NCBI GenBank assembly: GCA_050010515.1
Contig: JBEKKX010000052.1
Coordinates: forward strand, 1-14,032
Origin: Candidatus Bathyarchaeia archaeon
GTDB taxonomy: Archaea; Thermoproteota; Bathyarchaeia; Bathyarchaeales; Bathycorpusculaceae
Direction: 5' to 3'
DNA length: 14,032 nt
The translations under genes and the position numbers were made by a program. Under the pieces are notes generated by a model, which was given only the letters and a program-made list of their open reading frames with translations, did no database searches and had not been told where the DNA came from. Within the stretch, counting starts at the first letter, position 1, and the number at the start of each line of letters is the position of its first letter. Positions 6,875 through 14,032 of this stretch are shown in pieces.

Positions 6875-7726
6875 TTGCCTATTCAAGCCCAAAAAAACAT
6901 GCGAAAAAATAACCGCGCAATAAGCCCAGCAATTTCCACTGTAATTATGACAGCGGCAATTGTGGTATTGGTTCTTGTGGCTATGACCTATGCAAACGGC
7001 AGTCTAACTAATCAGATCGCTGGAGATGAGTTTACCGCAAATAAGCAGTTCATGCAATCAACTGGCTTGCAGATAGATAATGTAGCATGGACAATTGGAC
7101 GAACAGAAACAGTTGATTACACAGCCAATTATGGGCAAGTAACATTTGTGCCCAAAGTTATTGACTATACATTCGAAATCTACAATGGAATTTCGTGGAA
7201 GACTATCTACAGCTCTACAACCGGCATGATACTGTTCAACATGCCCATACGCGATTACACCTTAGGCAATAACTATTTCAGTAGAATAATTCCCGCCAGC
7301 AGTGGTTCATTTTTGCAGTGGAACGCTTCTGCGTCAGTTTGCCAAGTATTTGCAACGCAAAAGGCCCCCATGCAGGATGGAAGTTATGCGAGAATAGTTG
7401 CAGTTCCCACTGTTAGAGTGCTCAATTCAGCCCTGGTCACAAGGATGAGCTACTATACGTTTTATTTACCATGTCTTGTTAGTGGATTAAGTCCGTATCT
7501 TTCGCAATCTGTTACGTTGACAGGCAGTAGTCTGACTAACTTAACACCCAGCGGTGCTATTACCCAAGTTCGCATTGACGCCACAGCTGTCAGCAATTCT
7601 CCTACGGGCTTTAATAATGCATTTTTTAACTTTGACAACACTTCAGAAACTATAATTATACCTTCTGGGGCCTCAATTGAATTTTATATCGGCACGGTAG
7701 AAGTCTCAATAGGGATGGGATCTTAA
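6875..7726 (+). CDS. Type IV pilin-like protein with class III signal peptide
   Basis: RKNNRA/ISPAISTVIMTAAIVVLVLVAM: basic leader, [KR][GA] cleavage site and hydrophobic helix, followed by a beta-rich Ser/Thr/Asn-rich body. Start is TTG 6875 (AAGGAG upstream) or ATG 6899. Confidence 0.85.
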   Translation: MPIQAQKNMRKNNRAISPAISTVIMTAAIVVLVLVAMTYANGSLTNQIAGDEFTANKQFMQSTGLQIDNVAWTIGRTETVDYTANYGQVTFVPKVIDYTFEIYNGISWKTIYSSTTGMILFNMPIRDYTLGNNYFSRIIPASSGSFLQWNASASVCQVFATQKAPMQDGSYARIVAVPTVRVLNSALVTRMSYYTFYLPCLVSGLSPYLSQSVTLTGSSLTNLTPSGAITQVRIDATAVSNSPTGFNNAFFNFDNTSETIIIPSGASIEFYIGTVEVSIGMGS

Positions 7727-7745
7727 TGCTGGCGAGGTGTGATAC

Positions 7746-8228
7746 ATGGTTAATATAACTATTGAATACATGATTTTGATTCCAATTTTAATCTTACAAA
7801 TATTTCTATTACCCTTCGCCGCAGGCCTTTTCATGAATTATTGGTCAACGTCCAGTGATACGCTTGCCCTAAACGACGCTAGCACTCATCTAAGCAGCTC
7901 AATAGAGCAACTCTATTTCTTCTTAAACAATCCATCCGTCTCGTCTGGAACAGTAACGAACAATCTTGGCATTCCTCCGTACATAGGAAATTATGCTTAC
8001 GTTGGGAATGCGACTTTAATCTCTGTTTCTGGTTCTGGTTCTGTCTCTGAAAAAGTCTTGGAATTAACCCTCACGTTGATAGGAAGTACGATTTCGACTA
8101 CCACACCCGTTACTTTGGGAGAAAATGTTCAGTGGTTGAACTCCACATTTATGAGTAACTCAAATAGCGCTTGCATTAACGGATATAAAGAGAGCAACAA
8201 CACAATTTTGCTGTCTTTTGGAACGTAG
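7746..8228 (+). CDS. Pilin-like protein (160 aa) with N-terminal hydrophobic helix and no charged leader
   Basis: MVNITIEYMILIPILILQIFLLPF is a pilin-type TIEY motif plus TM helix, followed by an amphipathic helix and beta strands. GAGGTG upstream; operon context. Confidence 0.75.
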   Translation: MVNITIEYMILIPILILQIFLLPFAAGLFMNYWSTSSDTLALNDASTHLSSSIEQLYFFLNNPSVSSGTVTNNLGIPPYIGNYAYVGNATLISVSGSGSVSEKVLELTLTLIGSTISTTTPVTLGENVQWLNSTFMSNSNSACINGYKESNNTILLSFGT

Positions 8229-8239
8229 GAGGAAAAAAA

Positions 8240-9463
8240 GTGTCAGGCGTGTCTATAGATCATCTCATTTCAATTGTGGTGTTATTTGCTGCAGTTTTGC
8301 TCTTCATTGGTCTCTTCAACCAAACGCTTTCCGTCGCGGTAGATTATCAGCGTAACACATCAACTGCAAAAACGTGTGGTGACCTCTTAGATACGATGCT
8401 GTTGACTCCTGGAATTCCAATAAAAGGTACTCCAGTAGCGTTTGGGCTGCAGGATCCATCATTGACTCAATATCAACTCAGTCCCTTTTCATTGATGCGT
8501 CTAGATTCATCAACAGAAGCTCCGATAAGTTATCAAAAAACAGACCTAACCTATAGCACAATAACAACTAGCCCCCACAATTACTTGCTCTACCCCTACA
8601 CCGACATGATTAATTATTCCACCGCATTGACGTTGCTGGGAATAAGCGGCACTTACGGATTCCAACTGTCGTTAACTCCCACGCTGAACGTTTCTATAGC
8701 CCAGACTTCCCCCTCAACCGGTCCGTTAAGCTTATCGCTGGGCGTCACTGGAACCGGTTTTCCTCTTGCGAATGCTAACGTAAACTATCTTTTAATTCCA
8801 GTGCTTCTTAACACGAACTATCCCGATTTCGAAACTATAGCTCATCAAACAGGAACTGTAAAAACCAATAGCGTAGGCTCAGCTTCTATAACATTCTCGA
8901 ATTTCTCCCCAAACCCAAATCTGACATACGCATTTGTAGCTTATGCCTATCTTGATGGAATCACGGGTATAGGTTATTACGAGCCTTCCCCTGTGGGAAA
9001 CCAAAGTATTGTGCCATTTCTTGATCCACTTTCCACTCAAAGTGTAACTTTGGCACATAGCGACGACGTTCCCCACACCTCCACTAATGCAAATACTTTG
9101 TATTACAATACAACTTTCATTTTGGAAAGTCAAAACTATGCTATTCAAGAAACCTCCCTGGGAAGTTCAAATCCATCTGGCAACGTTACTTCGGGCACAG
9201 GAACAGGAAATTCGCCTATTTCAATTTCGATGGACTCTTACACTCCAGGTATTCTTGTAATAGCATATGATAACGCTGGTAACAGTGGCGTCGTTATGAT
9301 GCCGTGGGGATTTAGTTCATTAGGTTTTTCCATGACATTCGGAGGAACTCCACTCAATCATGGGTGGGTTGCAACAGACTTACGTCAAGTGCAAATTAAC
9401 GGGGTTTCTTATCAGGCAAAGCTTTCTCTTTGGAGCGTACAGGGTCACCAGGAGTCAGGCTAA
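8240..9463 (+). CDS. Minor pilin-like protein (407 aa)
   Basis: GTG start with AGGAGG upstream. MSGVSIDHLISIVVLFAAVLLFIGLF, then a helix ending LLDTMLLTPGIP, a pattern seen in archaeal minor pilins. Confidence 0.75.
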   Translation: MSGVSIDHLISIVVLFAAVLLFIGLFNQTLSVAVDYQRNTSTAKTCGDLLDTMLLTPGIPIKGTPVAFGLQDPSLTQYQLSPFSLMRLDSSTEAPISYQKTDLTYSTITTSPHNYLLYPYTDMINYSTALTLLGISGTYGFQLSLTPTLNVSIAQTSPSTGPLSLSLGVTGTGFPLANANVNYLLIPVLLNTNYPDFETIAHQTGTVKTNSVGSASITFSNFSPNPNLTYAFVAYAYLDGITGIGYYEPSPVGNQSIVPFLDPLSTQSVTLAHSDDVPHTSTNANTLYYNTTFILESQNYAIQETSLGSSNPSGNVTSGTGTGNSPISISMDSYTPGILVIAYDNAGNSGVVMMPWGFSSLGFSMTFGGTPLNHGWVATDLRQVQINGVSYQAKLSLWSVQGHQESG

Positions 9464-9464
9464 T

Positions 9465-10793
9465 ATGATGCGAACAGTTGAAGTTCTGTTAGTCGTATTT
9501 CTTCTGGGCGCGGCATATGTGGCTACTTCTAGCTACATTACTCTTCCATCCCCAAGTAGTGTATCTCCTTTAGACTTGAACCAGCTTGCCTATACTACTC
9601 TGCAAGAACTAGACGCGCGTTACGATTTGAGCTCAGCAGCATTCCAGACAAATAACCTTACTGCATGGGGCAACCTCCAGATTGCGCTCGCAGCATCATT
9701 GCCGCCAAACATGGTCTATAACCTCACGGTCTATAACGTAAACACTAACTCAAACGGCGCACCTCTATACTCAAGTGTAGCTTCAATTTCTAACGCGGCA
9801 AATCTCGTAAGCTCAGATGCTTCCTCATATTTAGAAGCCTCATCCAATGTAACCTATATATCCACACCGCAACAAATTTCCACAAATGGAGTTCCTGTAA
9901 CTCTATACATTTTGGACTGTAGCGACACTAACGGTTGGTGGACTACCGGCTACACGCCTTCCAGTCTAGCTCAAACAGTGTACAGCCTTCTATCGCCTTA
10001 CTTTAAAACTACTGTAATGGTTCAAAATACAAATCAACTAAATCAGCTACTAAATGGCCAGTCGCTTAAAGGAGAAGCCGTCAATAATGCAATCATCATC
10101 AATACCTGTGGTGAAGCTGTACCAATACCAACAAATTTTAGCAGCAAATCTGGGCTCAATTATACTCAAGGTTACGACTCTAAAGATAGTTCTTACGCCA
10201 CGTACGATTACACTTTAGGCAAAATTACCCAGTTATACAACTGGACTTGGGTCAGCATAGTAGGATACCCATTCTACTACGTCACCAATACAGGCTCCCT
10301 AAGCAACTCTCAAAACAATTTTGGTATATATGGAATGAACATGGTACAGGGGTATGGACTGAGCGCTTTTCTTGAAGGATTGGATAACCAGCCCTACAGC
10401 TATACTGGCTCGTCAACAGGACAGCCGGGTGTCGTGTACTTAACCAGTCAGGTCCAAAGCTTGTGCAATTACTATGGACTTTACCCCTCTATTTCTCAGA
10501 CCTCTACACGTGCATTACCTGCCTCAATAACGACGCAGTACCATTTGGTAGTCACAAACTCCCTATTTACCACAACTAGTCCAAATAATCCTGGTGCTGT
10601 TTACAGACACTTAAACGGTGCGAATTATCAGGGTGGATTCTTTGCGCTCGGAATGGCTAGGATCCCGGATATTAGATTGGCTGCCCTGGGTATCCTATGT
10701 GATTATCAGCCGGCTAGGTATGGTTCTCTGTATACGGCTGCAGGAAGCAACCGACTTGTAGTGCTGCAGTTGGGGATAGTTGGGGGCGGATGA
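9465..10793 (+). CDS. Minor pilin-like protein with a large central globular domain
   Basis: The true start is probably ATG 9465 or 9468 (1 nt after the upstream stop, GGAG at 9451-9454) rather than 9360. Reads MMRTVEVLLVVFLLGAAYVA...LNQLAYTTLQELD...LAASLPPNMVYNLTVY and ends RLVVLQLG. Confidence 0.75.
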   Translation: MMRTVEVLLVVFLLGAAYVATSSYITLPSPSSVSPLDLNQLAYTTLQELDARYDLSSAAFQTNNLTAWGNLQIALAASLPPNMVYNLTVYNVNTNSNGAPLYSSVASISNAANLVSSDASSYLEASSNVTYISTPQQISTNGVPVTLYILDCSDTNGWWTTGYTPSSLAQTVYSLLSPYFKTTVMVQNTNQLNQLLNGQSLKGEAVNNAIIINTCGEAVPIPTNFSSKSGLNYTQGYDSKDSSYATYDYTLGKITQLYNWTWVSIVGYPFYYVTNTGSLSNSQNNFGIYGMNMVQGYGLSAFLEGLDNQPYSYTGSSTGQPGVVYLTSQVQSLCNYYGLYPSISQTSTRALPASITTQYHLVVTNSLFTTTSPNNPGAVYRHLNGANYQGGFFALGMARIPDIRLAALGILCDYQPARYGSLYTAAGSNRLVVLQLGIVGGG

Positions 10794-10794
10794 A

Positions 10795-13700
10795 ATGAAC
10801 AATCGGGGGCAATTCACGATCATTGCGGCTTTGCTTGTGGCGATAATTCTTGCTGGCACATTAATAGCAGTTTACGCAACAATCCGCTATGATTCAAGTC
10901 AAAGTAAAACTCCTCAAACATTAACTGCGACAGATGAAACAAACTCGGCACTTTTGAAAGCTTTAGGCTTTACTGTAGGTTATTACGGCTCAATTCTCCA
11001 GGTAACAGGTAACCAAACGTATGCTTATGATAAATCGACGATTTATATGAACAGCGCTTTGCAGTACATCGCAAGCATGAATCCCTCTTTGGGAGAAGCG
11101 ATAAACATGACGAGCCTGAAGCTTAGCACCACTTGGTTTTCAAATCCTAGCATCAGCACAGGCACGCTTTCGGTCGTTTATGATCTAGCAGACCTCAACA
11201 TCTATGGCGTAAATTACACCACTTCTTGCAGTTTAGGTGTTCAAATATTTAATTCACCAAGCAGCAATCAGGTATGCGTAAATGTGACTCAAGACTTAAC
11301 TGAACCTTTAACCAGTTTAGGGCAACAAAACTTTGCCTTCTACTTTTACAATTACACGACTACCAACTGGCAGCTAATAAATCCAAGTTTGACTCCAACG
11401 ATTTTCACCAATGGTACCTATTTAATCAACGTTCCTTCTGAAGTAACCTCTGCGGCATTTATGGTTCAAGTGACGGATTCACGGGGAATAATTGTTGAGG
11501 CATCTTCATTCAACAGTTACAACCTAAATTTCGCGTTTTCGGCGCAAAGTTCTCCCGCTCCAACTGTAGTGGAATTACTACAGAACGGCACTATGTTATG
11601 GTCTGGGCAAGATCTACTAAATACGACTCAGGCGCAACCAATTCCACCTGTTCCAGTATCATCCTTAAATTTATGTCAAAGCGGCTCGACTTCAGATATT
11701 CCATTTCAAGTGGAAGATTGGGCATCAGGGTATCAGATTCCATTAGGCCTGACTAGCAATTATACAATCTTTAGCGATAACCAAATGATTGTTTTTGAAG
11801 TAAATCCATCAATGTCAAAATTAACGTTATGGTGGAACGGAAGCGACACAGCAATCCAACCGTCTGCAGCCTACACGGATATGTATTTCACTGGCGACAA
11901 CTCTGGCGCTGCAACTCTTTCAAATGGAAACATCACCTTACAATTTAGTTATCCAAACGGTATTTTTCAAGTAACTGCAACCGTAGGAAATAGCGCGGGT
12001 GGAAAGGTAATTAGCACCGCAGATTTCATGCGTATCGACGCTGACCATACCAGCATTGGATCAGGTTCGCCTGCATATGTAATACAAAAGGGAGTTATAA
12101 GAGATATTGTTCAGGAAGAAGCAGAATGGAGTAATGGACCAACAACCTGTCCAAACGTTTACTCCCAAATGGTGCTTACGCTCCCTGCGAATGCAACGTA
12201 CTACACTTACCAGCTTAGACTAATTTTCATAAACTCAACCGTGGCCAGAAACATCAACGATATCAGTCCAATTCAACTGACGACTTCGATAAGTCAACCG
12301 CGAGCTATGACTGAGAACGGAATCACTACAAACGGAATTCCCATTGTTTCAACCAGCAATACATATTTCACTAACAGTACTGGGAGTGCCCATCATTGGA
12401 GTGAACTAATTAATGGTGCATTGCAAGGAACGGGGATAATGTTCACGGCTAGTGCGAATCAACAGCTTTATGCTTTTGATAAAATGGCTGGTAAATTTAC
12501 AGGGGCACTTTATGCAAACAGTGCTGCTACCCCCCCAGTTATTGAACTTGATCCTGTTACTTCGGCAGGCCCAGTTTCGTTCACTTCAGCTTTGGACTTA
12601 ACTTGGTACGGCGCCGTAGTAACATTTAACGGTGTAAATCCCATATACGCCACCAGCGGAAACTCCGGTTTATGGCCTCTTGTAGAGCAACCGCCCACAG
12701 TAGCCATTACTCCCCAGTCTTCAGCCGCGACCTCAATAAACCTCTCTCCTTCGTGTGGTAATGTAGGCGCGTCTGTTAAAGTATTAGGCGGTGGGTTCAT
12801 CCCCAACTCTCAAATAACAATTACGTTCAACGGAAAAACCGTAGCTACAACTACAGCGAATGTTTACGGGGAGATTCCATTAGGAACCACATTCGTTATT
12901 CCATCTTATCCGTTTGGATCTTACACAGTTACTGCTACTGACACGAGTTCTAATTCTGCATCTACAAATTTCGTGCTAACTCCCTTGGATCATTTCACTG
13001 TGACTGCTTTAGGCGGCGGAAACATCAGCACTCAAACTGCAGGTACCGCTTTCAGCATAACCATCACCGCTAAAGACTCAAGCGGTAACACAGTTACAAG
13101 CTACACTCAACCCAGCACTTTGTCCGTGTCTATAGGAACAATAAGTCCAACAAGCACTGGGGAATTCACTAATGGAGTCTGGACCGGCCAAGTAACACTC
13201 ACTCAATCAGGCACAAGCATTTCAATCTCTACAGCTGAAGATGGCAAAAATGGACAAAGCAACACATTCGGGGTCAATGCTGGCGCTGCTGCACGCTTTG
13301 TGGTTTCTGGGTTTACAGATCCAGTTACTGCTGGTACTGCTAGTTCGGTTACGGTTACGGCTTATGATGCGTATGGTAATGTAGCTACTGGCTATGCTGG
13401 TACTGTTAAGATTACTTCGAGTGATAGTCAAGCTGTTTTGCCTGCGAATGCAGGTCTTACTAATGGTGTTGGCTCTTTCAGTGTTACTTTGGAAACTGCT
13501 GGTTCACAATCGATTACCGCTACAGATACGGTGACCAGTTCAATTACTGGCTCTCAAACTGGTATAACGGTGAATCCTGCTTTGGCTGCTCCGACTGCGT
13601 CTGCTTCTGCGGGTACGGTTGATCGGGGTCAAACTTCAGCTTTGAGTTCGACCACAGTTACGACTGGCACTAGTCCGTACTCGTATCAGTGGCTTGAGGA

Positions 13701-14032
13701 AGCTCCTGGTACTCGTATCAGTGGCTTGAGGAAGCTCCTGGCGCCACCACCTACTCATCGATTAGCGGTGCGACTTCATCTAGCTATTCTTTCGCCACAA
13801 CTACTTCTACGACTACGGGCACTTACTCTTTTGAGCTTCAGGTGACTGACAGCGGTGGGGCTGTTGTGACTTCCGGTGCGGTTTCGGTTAAGGTGAACTC
13901 TGCGCTCGTCGCTCCGACTGCGTCTGCTTCTGCGGGTACGGTTGATCGGGGTCAAACTTCAGCTTTGAGTTCGACCACAGTTACGACTGGCACTAGTCCG
14001 TACTCGTATCAGTGGCTTGAGGAAGCTCCTGG
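10795..14032 (+). CDS. Large pilin-adhesin: class III signal peptide, beta-rich body, C-terminal Ig-like repeats; frameshifted at 13677-13740 and truncated by the window end
   Basis: MNNRG/QFTIIAALLVAIILAGTLIAVY is a canonical class III site, with the ATG 1 nt after the upstream TGA. Ig-like modules start near 12730. The as-given ORF stops at 13845, but the repeat-domain frame continues open to 14032 once one 32-bp copy is removed. Confidence 0.85.
13588..14032 (+). repeat. Intragenic domain repeat: 122 identical bp at 13588-13709 and 13911-14032
   Basis: The offset is 323 bp = 291 bp (97 codons) plus the 32-bp duplication. Encodes APTASASAGTVDRGQTSALSSTTVTTGTSPYSYQWLEEAPG twice. Confidence 0.97.
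13677..13740 (+). repeat. Perfect 32-bp tandem duplication
   Basis: GTACTCGTATCAGTGGCTTGAGGAAGCTCCTG at 13677-13708 and 13709-13740. Confidence 0.97.

Noticed and set aside
3419-7726. Archaellum (fla/arl) operon
   Set aside because: The ATPase and platform protein are FlaI/FlaJ relatives, but there is no archaellin-type N-terminus and no FlaH, FlaF or FlaG in the window.
9360-9464. N-terminal extension of the 477-aa ORF
   Set aside because: It overlaps the upstream gene by about 100 nt. ATG 9465 directly follows the upstream stop, has an SD-like motif and begins the hydrophobic helix.
392-13431. Shadow ORFs in the track (392-610, 1493-1975, 2999-3223, 3403-3663, 4010-4192, 4572-4754, 5261-5656, 5831-6127, 6011-6307, 6141-6428, 8879-9148, 12510-12806, 13222-13431)
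   Set aside because: All overlap well-supported genes in antisense or alternative frames and show no recognisable motifs.
13710-13845. Hydrophobic/basic C-terminal tail (TRISGLRKLL...LLSFR) as a membrane anchor or sorting signal
   Set aside because: It is out-of-frame translation caused by the 32-bp duplication; the shifted frame encodes the rest of the Ig-like repeat.

Overview
This is an archaeal window; gene content and the style of the pilin leaders suggest Bathyarchaeia or a related TACK lineage (inference). It has two parts. (1) Bases 1-2530 are an accessory/defence segment. It holds the 3' end and right-end hairpin of an IS200/IS605 TnpA element, a solitary DpnI-family (methylated-GATC) endonuclease, and a vapBC toxin-antitoxin pair. 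The vapBC pair is bracketed by two copies of a ~118-bp non-coding direct repeat with internal ATGTTGAA sub-repeats, and the second copy is the 3' flank of the housekeeping ADP-forming acyl-CoA synthetase beta-subunit gene. (2) Bases 3419-14032 are a tightly coupled type IV pilus-like operon: assembly ATPase, TadC/FlaJ-like platform protein and five pilin-like proteins. Three of the five lack the charged class III leader. The fifth is a >1000-aa pilin-adhesin with mosaic Ig-like modules; its apparent stop at 13845 is caused by a 32-bp tandem duplication that is probably an assembly artefact. All calls come from reading the sequence; no database searches were run.
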